A stretch of 62,643 nt of DNA, the filler included, from Stramenopiles sp. TOSAG23-2 (taxonomy: Eukaryota), in assembly GCA_900128395.1 (NCBI GenBank). It is 39 parts of 39 records of this genome, joined end to end, with 100 filler letters (N's around TTAATTAATTAA, not from the genome) between each part and the next. Parts side by side here need not be neighbours in the genome. Positions count along the whole stretch, not along the records: positions 1 to 1,526 come from LT652747.1; positions 1,627 to 3,152 come from LT652748.1; positions 3,253 to 4,778 come from LT652749.1; positions 4,879 to 6,401 come from LT652750.1; positions 6,502 to 8,023 come from LT652751.1; positions 8,124 to 9,644 come from LT652752.1; positions 9,745 to 11,264 come from LT652753.1; positions 11,365 to 12,883 come from LT652754.1; 31 more parts are not named here. The stretch is one strand, 5' to 3'. How positions within the stretch are numbered: the first letter of the stretch is position 1; each line of letters starts with the position of its first letter. Under the pieces are notes generated by a model. It did not search any database. It saw only the letters and a program-made list of their open reading frames with translations, and was not told where the DNA came from. Made by a program: the position numbers and the translations under genes. Of this stretch, positions 1 through 12,663 are shown one piece after another.

Positions 1-2
1 CT

Positions 3-1524
3 ACATAACTGCACTCTGGACAAGATTGAAAACAACCAATTTGATAATATAAACATGCTTCCCCAATACAACCTAATCCACAGTAATAACCAGGTGCAGA
101 AGCATTCGAATAGCAACCACCTGGCGTAGAGGCACACCCACATTTATTTTGGTCATCAAATTTTTGACTATGTGCTGAACGTGGCGGTGGTGTTATCATA
201 GAACCATGTCCAGATACTACAGTAAATAATATTGCAGTGGATAATACTAAAAATAATAATTTCATTTTACTTGCCTTTTAAGTTTTAAAAACTCCCAAAA
301 TTTATAATAAATTATTGTATATTTAGATTATGAAATTTATAATAAATTATTGTATATTTAGATTATGAGAAAGAAGCATTTGACTGTGTACGCGTGAGGA
401 ACAACCTAATTTAAATTAATAAAGTTTTTACATGTAAATGCACTCGTTTTTTTTTGCGTTTTGTTGGGGTATTATTTGATGAGGGTTGCCTTGATGTGAG
501 AGTCCTCTTTTTCTTATACTAACATGTACAAATAATGAATATGCATCTGTGGCAGTGAGAAATATAATTACTACGCCAATGGTGTATTAGAGTGCATTTT
601 TAATTTATAGATGAAAAATATCTTTTTTTATGGATCTCCTCCCAGATTTGTTCCCTATCACTAATGGTATACCTATGTTAAAAAAACTCCCTTAAAAAAA
701 CCACCATTCCAGGCATTTACCATTATATTACAGCAGTAAATACCATAAAAATATAAAACACACGTGTGTTTTATATTTTTATGGTATTTACTGCTGTAAT
801 ATAATGGTAAATGCCTGGAATGGTGGTTTTTTTAAGGGAGTTTTTTTAACATAGGTATACCATTAGTGATAGGGAACAAATCTGGGAGGAGATCCATAAA
901 AAAAGATATTTTTCATCTATAAATTAAAAATGCACTCTAATACACCATTGGCGTAGTAATTATATTTCTCACTGCCACAGATGCATATTCATTATTTGTA
1001 CATGTTAGTATAAGAAAAAGAGGACTCTCACATCAAGGCAACCCTCATCAAATAATACCCCAACAAAACGCAAAAAAAAACGAGTGCATTTACATGTAAA
1101 AACTTTATTAATTTAAATTAGGTTGTTCCTCACGCGTACACAGTCAAATGCTTCTTTCTCATAATCTAAATATACAATAATTTATTATAAATTTCATAAT
1201 CTAAATATACAATAATTTATTATAAATTTTGGGAGTTTTTAAAACTTAAAAGGCAAGTAAAATGAAATTATTATTTTTAGTATTATCCACTGCAATATTA
1301 TTTACTGTAGTATCTGGACATGGTTCTATGATAACACCACCGCCACGTTCAGCACATAGTCAAAAATTTGATGACCAAAATAAATGTGGGTGTGCCTCTA
1401 CGCCAGGTGGTTGCTATTCGAATGCTTCTGCACCTGGTTATTACTGTGGATTAGGTTGTATTGGGGAAGCATGTTTATATTATCAAATTGGTTGTTTTCA
1501 ATCTTGTCCAGAGTGCAGTTATGT
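3..1524. repeat. Whole-scaffold inverted repeat (fold-back palindrome centred at 763/764), probable amplification chimera
   Basis: The left half is the reverse complement of the right half around cac|gtg with no spacer. Only the terminal 2 nt differ. Confidence 0.95.
298..368. repeat. 35-bp tandem duplication (mirrored in the other palindrome arm)
   Basis: aaatttataataaattattgtatatttagattatg occurs twice in tandem. Confidence 0.85.
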
Positions 1525-1526
1525 CT
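1262..1526 (+). CDS. Secreted Cys-rich LPMO-like (His-brace type) protein, 5' part; mirror copy at 1-265 on the minus strand
   Basis: Signal peptide ending VSG, then mature N-terminal His in HGSMITPPPRS (HGxxxxPxxR pattern of AA10/AA15 LPMOs). Truncated by the scaffold end. Confidence 0.6.
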
Positions 1527-1626
1527 NNNNNNNNNNNNNNNNNNNNNNNNNNNNNNNNNNNNNNNNNNNNTTAATTAATTAANNNNNNNNNNNNNNNNNN
1601 NNNNNNNNNNNNNNNNNNNNNNNNNN
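1527..1626. other. Artificial scaffold linker (44 N + TTAATTAATTAA + 44 N), repeated 38 times and separating 39 length-sorted scaffolds
   Basis: The identical 100-nt unit with stops in all six frames recurs about every 1.6 kb. Scaffold lengths fall monotonically from 1526 to 1495 nt. Confidence 0.98.
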
Positions 1627-1643
1627 GTGTGCTCTTCCGATCT
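1627..1643 (+). other. Illumina TruSeq adapter remnant
   Basis: gtgtgctcttccgatct at the scaffold start matches the 3' end of the Read 2 adapter/primer. Confidence 0.92.
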
Positions 1644-1655
1644 TGTTAAATGAAA

Positions 1656-2821
1656 TTATAGCAAATTTAAATTATTATTATTATTGCCGTTGCTGGAAGA
1701 TGAAGAAAGTGAAGGACACCATTTACTTAAGCATAATGCTGGTATTAAAAACAATGGTGCAGGTATTAATACTAAAAACATTGTTATTGCCCATGTTATA
1801 TTTTTTCTACTCCTTGATACAATTGGTTTCTTATAATCCTTTTCACTAAAAAAATTATCTTGTAAACATAATAAAATAAATTCAATTAAAAAATATAACA
1901 ACATTGCAAACATCATATTTAAATCACCTAATCCATTTGATATTGGCAATGTATGACCTAAACCACTACAAAAAAAGGTAATGAAACTTGCTAATGTACG
2001 ATTCATATCATATTTCTTTCTCAATGGTATATATACATATTCTTTTAACAATGATTGCAAGACGGTATCCCATCGTTTTCCCCAAAATTCTTTTAACGAT
2101 AATGATTTCACTGGATCATCCATTAAATATGGTAATTCAAATGCTTTCATATTATATATATATATATTTATATATAGTTGAAGGTGCATATGTGTGTGCG
2201 TGTGTATATGTGTAAAAAATAATATAAATATTTTGTTTGTTAGACAGGTATGTGAATATAATTATATATATATATATATATATGGTTGAAACTTGGTATA
2301 AACTTACGACCAGTTAAAAATGCTAAAAAACGTAATAATGCACACATGATTGATAATGATAAGTAACCAATGCATCCACTGACTATACATGCAAATGCCA
2401 TCCCAAAACTAGTTGTTGGTGTACCATATTTTCGTAAAATAATGACGGAATTAATTGTTTAAACGAAGTTACATCAAATGTTTTTGTTGGTAATATTTTT
2501 CGTATTCTTGAATCATGAAATGTTAAATATACATGTCCAAAACGTACAATCAATGGTTGCGTTTTAAAATACGGCTTCCAAGAACCATGCAATTGCGATA
2601 AACGCGAAAAATAATATACACTTAATAAAGTATTTAATGCACGTATTTGTATTTCATCCTCGTTTACAATAAATGGTGTAAAAAGCGTTAAAAACATGAA
2701 GAAAAAAAAAAATATATTTATGCACATATTGTTGTACAAGAATTGCAAATATTCCAACACCATACACGATGCCGATCGATGCAGCTGCCGGTTCTATCGT
2801 TGGCAACGCCATCATTTTCAT
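1656..2821 (-). CDS. MBOAT-family (wax synthase / MBOAT_2) acyltransferase, with an intron and frameshifts
   Basis: Motifs SLKEFWGKRWD, YVYIPLR and FFCSGLGH, plus hydrophobic upstream segments. GTAAGT donor at 2307-2302. Frame breaks at the A-run 2702-2712 and near 2430. Confidence 0.75.
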
Positions 2822-3348
2822 TTACCTTTCATACTCTTTTTTCTTATTTTCACATTCCGATTGGTATTGCCTTTGTTTGCATTTAAAATTTTATTTTTCA
2901 TTTTTTATTTTTTATAAATTTTTTTTGTTTTTTTTTTGGGTTTTTTTTTTGTTGTTTTTTTATTAATAAGTTAGCCTTAAGGTCATAAATTATAATATAA
3001 AAATAACATCAAGTGCTATTGATATACTAAATAGGTTCAAACAAATCGATGAACAACCTTATTTTAGACTTATATGTTTAGTTAAAAAATTCTAATACCG
3101 GCCAATTTTGAACTTAGCATGGAATAGCATTACTAATGGTGTGTGCGTGCTANNNNNNNNNNNNNNNNNNNNNNNNNNNNNNNNNNNNNNNNNNNNTTAA
3201 TTAATTAANNNNNNNNNNNNNNNNNNNNNNNNNNNNNNNNNNNNNNNNNNNNAGTGAAATGATGGAAAGACTTGAAAATGTTGAAGGTGGTGAGCAATAA
3301 TTGATAAATATTACGCGTATATTTTGTAAAAAATGACCAAAATGAATA

Positions 3349-3418
3349 ATGTACGAATATGTACGAATATATATGTACGAATATGTACGAATATATATAT
3401 ATATATATATATATATAC
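3349..3418. repeat. Short tandem repeat (ATGTACGAAT)n merging into (TA)n
   Basis: Four atgtacgaat copies are visible directly. Confidence 0.8.
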
Positions 3419-4134
3419 ATGCATATTTAAATACATCAGAGTTATAATATTATGTACATATATATTATACCTGGTACTAAATAAAAAGAGAATAGAGAGA
3501 TTAAAAAAAAAAGATTAAAAACTGAATAAAAAAATATTTGCACATTTACAAAAAGATAAATGCAAAAATAGTTATATTATCTGATGTATAATAGACTAAA
3601 ATAAAAGGTATGCATAATATATATATTGTAAAATAACATAAACAGTACAGTTATGATCACCTCGTAGGTCCTATGATATATATACTAACTAGTAGTGGTA
3701 TTTACTATCAAAATTAACTATTTACGAAGCTCACACGCTTATACACGCCACGATATATAACATCCATTCATATTTTTGTCCCATCATGTCAAAAGCTTCG
3801 TTTTACTTTTTACGTTGAAACTGTTACTGTAATAGCATGGTCATATCATTAACTCATACACGATCGAATGTGGTATTAATTATGAATAGCAATAAAATGC
3901 ACACATCATCACACCACATTACTTTTTAGACTACTGTAGCAACAGCAACTTTAGTTCGATTATCCAAATGAGGATTTTTTTAAAATATGTACATAGTGTC
4001 TATATATATGTACACTGTACGTATATATACATCATCATCAAAGTATAACATTTAGATTAAACATATTGTAAAGGACAATATAATAAAATTATTTCGTTGT
4101 TATCATAAGAATAGAATATTTCACCCTTTTACAA

Positions 4135-4704
4135 ATGGCTTCGAACAAAGTGGCACCGTCGCCGAAAAAAGAAGATGAAATGTCGAAACCGACACAGCCA
4201 TTAGGGGAAATACAAGAAGTTGGTGACGAAGAGGATCAAGGCCAAGTGAAACCAAAATGCCATCCGTTTAATATGATTGATCCAGATCATAAATGGCGTT
4301 TGAGATGGGATGCATTGCTTATGCTTTTCATTGTTTGTTGACGATTGGTAAAGGTCCACATGGAAACGAGGTTAAAATGTATTTAAGAGTCTTGGTTCAT
4401 GAAGATGGACAAAAAGTTGATGAAAATCGTGAACGAAAAGGTGTTTTAAAAACATTATCATCAGGAAAAAGCTCTGACTTTGATGATTTCGATTTACCAG
4501 GTGATAAAAAGAAGAAAAAATAAAAATCAAAGTTTAGGTGAAACAAAAACCAATAATGGTGGTGGAACATCAATATCCAATGTTGAAGATCGATTGCAAC
4601 AATTAGAAAATAATCTTCAAAATTTGACTACTGTCTTAGCAAATATTGCTGATGCTGTAGCTAGAATTGAAAATAATGTAGCAAATGATGGAGGGGCTAA
4701 TTGA
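4135..4704 (+). pseudogene. Cyclic-nucleotide-gated/voltage-gated K+ channel-like gene with the core missing (N-terminus joined to a C-terminal coiled coil)
   Basis: MIDPDHKWRLRWDALLMLFIV resembles the pre-S1/S1 of CNG/EAG-type channels. The frame breaks at about 4338, then a hydrophilic tail and coiled coil (VEDRLQQLENNLQNL) follow. Confidence 0.5.
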
Positions 4705-4878
4705 TTTTTTGGTTGTCCACCACACACCGGGGGGAGATGTGGTGAGAAAGATTTAAAAAAAATAAAAAAATAATTAATNNNNNNNNNNNNNNNNNNNNNN
4801 NNNNNNNNNNNNNNNNNNNNNNTTAATTAATTAANNNNNNNNNNNNNNNNNNNNNNNNNNNNNNNNNNNNNNNNNNNN

Positions 4879-5187
4879 ATAAAGATTGATACTTCTTCTA
4901 CCTTCATAACTTAGACTCAATGCTATATCACGTACACGTTCAAAATCATTTGATCCAAATGTTTTCCTACATTGCTGTATCAAAGAAGATCGTTTTACAT
5001 TGCACAATGATCGAATATTTAAATATTGTAATATATTTAACATGATCCCGCAAGCAGATTCTATTCCAGCTGGTAAAACTAATATACCAATCTTAATTGG
5101 TTCTGCATGTTCTTTTTCTATCGCTTCAATCGTTGATTGTTTCAGTCTCTTTGCCGATGTTGTTGTATTAGTAACTGTTGATGCCAT
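4879..5187 (-). CDS. 5' part of an F-box-like/ankyrin family paralogue
   Basis: VLPAGIESACGIMLNILQYLNIRSLCNVKRSSLIQQC aligns with ILPSGGAGRNIVCTILSMLDMKSLRSLIYSSFIQLFC of the divergent neighbour on the same scaffold. Confidence 0.55.
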
Positions 5188-5583
5188 GATGATGATATAT
5201 ATATATATATATGTATTCAATGTTATCTGTTATATATTCTTTTTTTTTCATTTGGTATATTATGTATATGTATGTATGTATGTATGATGTATGTATGTAT
5301 TATCATTATTAATTGAATGTAAAAAAGACCAACACTTTTACGGACCAACAATTAAGACGGAAAACAACAACACCTGGGAGGAGATGAAAAGAGAAATCTT
5401 TTGGAGAGTGTGGAGGAGAGGAAACATTTAGTATGTAGAAAACACTGTGTTTCCAAATATAGTCAAGTTCAATTTTGATATACCATCATAAGATACAAAA
5501 CAGGTGTAATTGTATGATATAAAAAACAAAAGTACTAGTCTATACATATATATTTTCACGAATCACATTATATTTATATAAAC

Positions 5584-6401
5584 ATGGCTTCAATTATAAA
5601 TAATAATAATAATAACAAAGATGATGATGAGAGCAAAGGTGAAGATATTACGAATAACGATGCAGAAGTAGTTGTTTCAGATCCTACTGTTGTGCAAAAA
5701 ATGAATGAAATTAATATTATCGATGATCTTTCATTCATTGATATATTGCCAAGTGGTGGTGCTGGGCGAAATATTGTTTGTACCATCCTTAGTATGTTAG
5801 ATATGAAATCATTAAGGTCATTGATCTATTCATCCTTTATTCAATTATTTTGTAAAAATCGAAACGATGATACATNNNNNNNNNNNNNNNNNNNNNNNNN
5901 NNNNNNNNNNNNNNNNNNNNNNNNNNNNNNNNNNNNNNNNNNNNNNNNNNNNNNNNNNNNNNNNNNNNNNNNNNNNNNNNNNNNNNNNNNNNNNNNNNNN
6001 NNNNNNGGTAGTAATGGTAATAATAATAATAATATGACATTGAAAGAATACGTGAATCAAGAAGGTACAAATAGTGCTGGTAATGGATGGGCACTTCCAT
6101 GGACACCTTTAATGATAGCTGCATACTACGAACAATTCCAAGTAGTTCAATATTTGATTGAACAAGGTGAAGCTGATCCTAATATTGCAAATAGTGGTGG
6201 ATCGAATGCATTACATTATGCAGCACTTCATAACAAAAAGGATACGGAGTTGATTGAATTGTTATTAACTAATATGTCTCTTAATACAATTAATAAGAAG
6301 GGCGGGTACGGGTGGGGATACGGCACTCCCCTGGACTGGGCATATAATAATCATAGTCCAATTAAACAAAAGATCATTGATCTTATACGTTCAAAAGGTG
6401 G
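5584..6401 (+). CDS. Ankyrin-repeat protein with F-box-like N-terminal segment (internal gap, 3' truncated)
   Basis: Ankyrin repeats TPLMIAA..VVQYLIEQGEADPN, NALHYAA and TPLDWAY. Confidence 0.85.
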
Positions 6402-6501
6402 NNNNNNNNNNNNNNNNNNNNNNNNNNNNNNNNNNNNNNNNNNNNTTAATTAATTAANNNNNNNNNNNNNNNNNNNNNNNNNNNNNNNNNNNNNNNNNNN
6501 N

Positions 6502-8023
6502 GTTTAATTGATGGATGTATCTATTTTTATATTTTCTTAATGAACTTTCATGTAAATGTTCCATTGGGATGTTCTTTAAACCTAATGGGTATTCGACATC
6601 CATTAAAACTACTTCTAAATCAGCTGCTCTGATAAAACCAGATCCTCTAGGATCCAATTTTGCCCATGCAAGGGTGAAATCTTCTAAATGTTCTGGCTCA
6701 AACTGACAATGTGCCAATGCTTGTGTATCACCAAAATTATCCAAAACAATAGCCATAATCATATTTAAAAATACGTAATTTAATACTGTAAACATTAAAA
6801 TGAAAAAGGCTTGAGGCGTTTGGTCAATTCCGCAATTACCAATCTTTGGATCTACCATACCGCCTTCCTTGTAACTGCATATTGGTGGTGTAATACGCGT
6901 ATCGTGCATGACTCCATTGAAACTTTCTCCTGTTGACATTCTCCACATGGTATTAAATGCCATGAAAAAAGTCATGAAATTTGCATCACCGCTTAAATTT
7001 TCCCCGTGTTTTACATTGGCAAATAAATTCATTGCCACACATGCAAAGATGAACATGAACAGCATCAGCAAGAGAATGACATTGAACATTGCTGGAATGG
7101 ATGCAAGGATTGTGCTAAATAAATCCATCAAACCTTTATTTTTTCGGAGCAAGCGTACCATTCTTGCCACCCGTAATACTCGAAATAATGATGCTAATGA
7201 TCCTAAGTTAAATAAAAGTCCAATCCATGATAAAAGTACGAGGATGAAATCAAATCTGTTCCAATTATCACCAAAATAACCGACTCCAAGTCCAATAATT
7301 TTTATAATTGCTTCAATGGTAAAAATGATACCAAAGATCAAATTGCCATAATACAAGAAGTCGAGTAAAAATTGTCCCATATCAGCATGTCGCATTCCCA
7401 TGAAAACGGTATTTAATAATATACAACCCATGATAAAGGCATCGAAGCCTGGCAACATGCAAAAGTTGTAAAAGGCAAGTCTTGGCTTTTTTGGAATACA
7501 TAAGAAACCGCTATTTGGTCTAGGCCACCCTTTGACTGCATGTCCAGCCATAGCTAGTTTCATTGCTTCAACCCATAGCTTTTGATCGTTGGTTAACAAT
7601 GCAGAACCCTCACTTTCCTCTTTCATCTCGTTATATTTGTCAATAATTACCCCGCAGAATACGTTGATCATGATCATTGCCCCAACAACTTGTACTAAGA
7701 AGTAGTACACAGATGGCCATGCACGGTTATAATTTTCTGTCATTCCTAGAGCACAAGGGTACGTACTATATCCCCAATTGCAGTGCTTGAAAGCCAAAAT
7801 TCTTTCTGTTCTGTCGTTAAAGCGTTTTTTATATCATCGCAATACTTTAAAGTAGGTTGGACACCGTCAATCGTGTTGTACATAATATCAGGCCACATTT
7901 CGCCTGAAGTAATTTCGTATATACTAACTAATGCGTTGCCAACGTTGTCAAAGTTGACAGGTGTTGACTCCCATACCCTTGGAAATAGGGATCCAGCATC
8001 ACCATTTGCTAAGCATTGATCCT
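6502..8023 (-). CDS. Four-domain voltage-gated Ca2+/Na+-family channel alpha subunit, domain III pore to domain IV and EF-hand region
   Basis: DIII pore NFDNVGNAL..ITSGEMWPDI, III-IV linker, S4 FRVLRVARMVRLLRK, DIV pore STGESFN, EF-hand-like WAKLDPRGSGFI. One frame break near 7770. Confidence 0.92.
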
Positions 8024-8169
8024 NNNNNNNNNNNNNNNNNNNNNNNNNNNNNNNNNNNNNNNNNNNNTTAATTAATTAANNNNNNNNNNNNNNNNNNNNN
8101 NNNNNNNNNNNNNNNNNNNNNNNTTTTTGTACCGAACTCGCACGAACAGAGGAGAATTTTAAGAAACCA

Positions 8170-8968
8170 ATCGAATAGTATCCGTTACTGGTTTTATATT
8201 TATTTATGCCACCGTGACATTGTTAGCACTTCTTGGTTATATTGAACAAGCAGCCATAATTGTCTCTTCGTGGGGGATATATGCCCATTTTTTATGTGTC
8301 ATTTATTTTATTTTTGTATCCATGCCATTTGGATATGGATATTCTATCGGTTTAGTGGCGTTTGGATATTCATTAGGCTGGATATCGCTCATCTCAATCA
8401 TTATTAGTGTATATGTTGGGACATTTTTAGCATATATATTAACAAAATATTGCTTTCAGCCATGGACGCGAAAGAAAGTTGAAACATTATTACTGAAAGC
8501 TGACCTCAATTTTGACCAAGTCATAACCATCGCAAAAGAAAATCTAGTAAAAAAATATTTGGTATTGTTTTCATTGCGCCGTTTTGGTCTATTTACTTTC
8601 GGAATTTCAAACTCGGCTACATGTTTAACTTTTATAAATTTAGGAAATGGTTTAAAAGAATATTGTGCTTTAGCGTACATAACAGATTTGCCATACTTAA
8701 TAGCATACGTTAGTATTGGTGTGTCTGCCCGAGACTTGAAAGATAATACAGGTGACAATGTGAGGCTAATTACGCTAATAATTCAAATAATTTGTACAGT
8801 TTTAATGTTTNNNNNNNNNNNNNNNNNNNNNNNNNNNNNNNNNNNNNNNNNNNNNNNNNAATTTGTACAGTTTTAATGTTTCTGGCAACATTTTATGTTG
8901 GATATAGAGTATTTCGACTAATAAGAAAAAAAAAATTGTCTTCAGTTGCTCCTGAAGAAATTATATAA
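8170..8968 (+). CDS. DedA/VTT (SNARE-associated, TMEM64-like) membrane protein
   Basis: Multi-TM ORF with PFGYGYSIGLVAFGYSLG, GTFLAYILTKY and LRRFGLFTFGISN. The internal N gap is false because its flanks overlap by about 22 nt. Stop at 8966-8968. Confidence 0.6.
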
Positions 8969-9879
8969 AAATGTAAGAAGCGTAGTGATATATGTATATT
9001 ATATACTTCGTAATATATAATGCATATGATAATTATAATATATTTGTGTATGAGACGTAAACAAGCAATGGAGGCTAGACTTAAAAAAGAAATTAGCAGG
9101 AATTAAAGAGCGGAAATGAAAGCGGAAATGCAAGAAATGAAACAAGACATCAAAGAGAGTTAAAAGCCCTACTTTTTAAAATTGCGAATAAAAAATAAAA
9201 TTTTATTTTTTATTAAAAAAACATGTTTGTCATGCGTGTTGATACACCTTTGCGCTGAAAAAATTTTAAAAAATTGTAAAAATTATTCGTGTAGTCTATA
9301 AAAATATAAAATATTTTATAAATTATTTAATTTACGACGCATATTTTATTTTTAATTTACGAACCGTACTCTGCATGTAAAAATATTACACAGCGGTTCC
9401 GTATTAGTTTTTTACAAATCTTGTGTTATTAATTTTACTGTGTAAAAGTCTAGGGCCTCGGACGACTAAAATATTTAGAGTCTCGTCATTCTACCCGCGG
9501 ACAATTTTTTATTAATTTTATTTACTACGACATGGTTCTTTTATAACAGTAACTTTCTCAATGATGGCATCATCAACTGGTTCTGTATTAATTTTTGCAC
9601 TTGTTACGCTATCTACCAGCTGTTTACGCTTGGTAAATACTGTTNNNNNNNNNNNNNNNNNNNNNNNNNNNNNNNNNNNNNNNNNNNNTTAATTAATTAA
9701 NNNNNNNNNNNNNNNNNNNNNNNNNNNNNNNNNNNNNNNNNNNNTGGATAAAATTGCGTAAGTACAGATTAATGAATTTTTGATAGGAATATGTATTACA
9801 GTATCTTTTTCCAAGGCTATGTTCATGCTGTACGCAAATTTTGAAATCGAGGTGAACCCGACGTCCCACGGAAGGATAG

Positions 9880-10801
9880 AAAAACCTACTCCCTACTCAC
9901 GGGACCGAAAATATTGAATATGATGCAAACATTTCTACAGTTCAAGATATTTTGCAACGTTTTCAAATTATAGAAAGGGTAGATGTACAAAATGACGATG
10001 ACAATGGAAAAATTTGTTCCAGTGAAAAAATAATCACCACTGTATTTACTTTTACGATGGTAGAATCTGCCATAGTGCCACCAGCGGCTATGTTTGTGAA
10101 TTGTGACGGATGAAAACAATAAAAATGTTTTTCAATTTACCTCACTTGGCGATGTTGAAGTTGGCTTGTATAAAGAAAACGACCTTCGTTGTCCATTGTA
10201 TTGTGCCACTTTAGGGCAAACAATTACCAAATCCATTAAAGATGGCATAGTAACATTCTCTGGTATTCAAATTACATTACCAAGTAATACTCCAATCCAA
10301 CCAGCTTCAACTACGTATCACCCAGAAGTGCAAGTCATAACATTGAAGAATCCAACCAACGGAACATTTCGTCTTCGATACACATTTGATAATATGGGGA
10401 ATAATCATAAGTCTTACATTACCTCTGCAATATCATGGAACGCATCCGCGTCTGAATCGACTCAAAACGATGATGGCTTATCAGAGGATGGTTTAGGAGA
10501 ATCAATGCAATCGAAACTTCAAAGTATACCAAACATTGGCAAAGTATATGTACGTCGTATAGACTTATCAAAGCCCTCTGGTACGCTTTATAGCGAAAGG
10601 AAATGGTTTGTAACTTTTGCATCATATGTTGGTAACGTTCCTCCTGCAGAAATCTACGAACCAAAAAATTTAGCTACTAATTCTACATTGTTGACGGAAA
10701 CATTAACTCATGGAGATTCATATTATTTAACAGTTAAATTAACTAAATCTGACGGTAGCATTCGTGAAGCAACTTCGACAGGGTTTCAAATAAATCCGTA
10801 A
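9880..10801 (+). CDS. 3' end of a large extracellular repeat protein (EVQ..GTF.L..T..I.WNAS..W.VTF..GNVP module)
   Basis: EVQVITL..NGTFRLRY..TSAISWNASASE..KLQSIPNIGKVYV..WFVTFASYVGNVP. A second degenerate copy lies upstream in another frame (TENIEYDANISTVQDILQRF). Confidence 0.55.
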
Positions 10802-11364
10802 TTATTCTGTTTATTGTATATTCGATGTGTCTACATGTATATATATAAAATGTTCTCTTACTCATATATATTATACATGTATATATATCTAGAATATTAT
10901 ATCTCTATTTTTATTTTTAATTTTTTATTTTTTATTTTTTCAAATACATATTTGGACGAGTACATTCTTTTTATTCACACTTTTTAATATATGTGTTGGA
11001 TGTACATCATGTGTGTGTGCGATTTCTAACGATAATATCACTATTTTACTTGTATTGTCCAATAGCACTACATAGCATTGATTACCATTGATCTGCGCAT
11101 ATTTTCATCTAAAAATCAACAAAATCGTCTTTTCCAACATAAATTCTTCTATTTCATCGTTGTGATGATGGATTTTTCATTTCATTACAAGAAAACAAAG
11201 GAAAAACATTGAAAATACCTTTTTAAACTTAGGCTCCACTAGTATACCATTTTTCCTATCAATTNNNNNNNNNNNNNNNNNNNNNNNNNNNNNNNNNNNN
11301 NNNNNNNNTTAATTAATTAANNNNNNNNNNNNNNNNNNNNNNNNNNNNNNNNNNNNNNNNNNNN

Positions 11365-11788
11365 CCGTTGATTTAAATATATTTGCAATATGATTGATGG
11401 TTGGGTTGTTGTTGTGTTTCTTCTTTGTTCTTTCTCTTGTCGCTTTGTCGTTGTTTGTTCCATTTAACGTTGCTGTTAATGGTTTAATTAATGTATTCAA
11501 TTGAATGGTTTCTTTTTTTGTTTGTTTTAATAATGTGTTTAATAAAATATTTGAATCAAATTTGTTATTTCTTGTTGTTGTATTGTTGGTTGTATTATAA
11601 TATAACGTAGATGATTGTTGTTGTTGTTGTGATTGTTTCATATTATTATTATTGTTATTGTTTCTAGGTAATATGGATAATATCGGTGTTGTTGTTTTCC
11701 ATTTACCACCACGATGTTGTTCACGTTGAAAACGTTTTGTCCATGCATTTGTTGTATTTAATAATACATTATGTTGTTGATTTATCAT
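11365..11788 (-). CDS. Hypothetical N/T/Q-rich protein, 5' part
   Basis: ATG-initiated low-complexity ORF open to the scaffold end. Confidence 0.4.
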
Positions 11789-12133
11789 TTTATATTTTAT
11801 TTCTTTTTTTTTGGAAAATGATAAAAATTATGAAAAATGAAGTTGATGATGTGAAAATTAAAAAAAAAAAAACAAAAAAAACACTGTTAGATTCAAATAA
11901 TTTTTTTCTACCAACCGCAATCACAAATAAATAAATAAATACACACAGATTTATCTATATATCTACATGTATATAGTATCACGCAAATAAAGTTATCTAC
12001 ATATCTATCCATCTACATCAATATATATAGATAAGTCCTTTTCCACAAGGGAAGAAGGGCGAAGAAAAAAGGCTGTAAAATTTATAACTGTCATTTTTCA
12101 TATATAGCCAATATCAAATTGAATAAATTGTTG

Positions 12134-12663
12134 TACTTGAAGGGTCCAAATTCGTATTGTCATTGAATTCGAAGTTTGTCAAATTATCAACAATATTTAT
12201 ACTTAAATCGGATATTAGAATACTAACACTTTCTCTTTCGGAAAAGTTGTTCAGTGTTATTTATATGCTAAATGTTAAATATACTAAAACCTTAAATCGC
12301 AAAAACCGATTTAGCATATAAATAACACCTGATATTATTTATATGCTAATCTGTGACACCATCATTATATAGTATATATGATTATACTTGAATGGTATAT
12401 TAGAATACTAAATCGATTTCGAAAAATCTAAAAATCTAAAAAATCTCAGCGAGTATTTACCTATCATATTCTCATATATTATACTTGAATGGTATATTAG
12501 AATACGATATCAAATATGCAAATTGCAAAAATGCAAAAATCTTCGTCCTTATACCTATCACATTTTCATATGATGTACTTGAAGGATAAATTAGAATACA
12601 ATATCAACGATTTCCACCTTTGATAGGATACATAAGTTGCACTTGAAGGGTATATTAGAATAC
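12134..12663 (+). repeat. Array of a 24-bp repeat (consensus TACTTGAAKGGTATATTAGAATAC) with variable spacers and nested inverted repeats
   Basis: Copies at 12134 (partial), 12200, 12385, 12482, 12576 and 12640. Perfect 20-bp inverted repeat at 12254-12273 / 12309-12328. Confidence 0.85.

Noticed and set aside
12134-12663. CRISPR array
   Set aside because: Spacers vary from 40 to 161 nt and partly resemble each other, repeats are degenerate, no cas gene is visible, and the context is eukaryotic.
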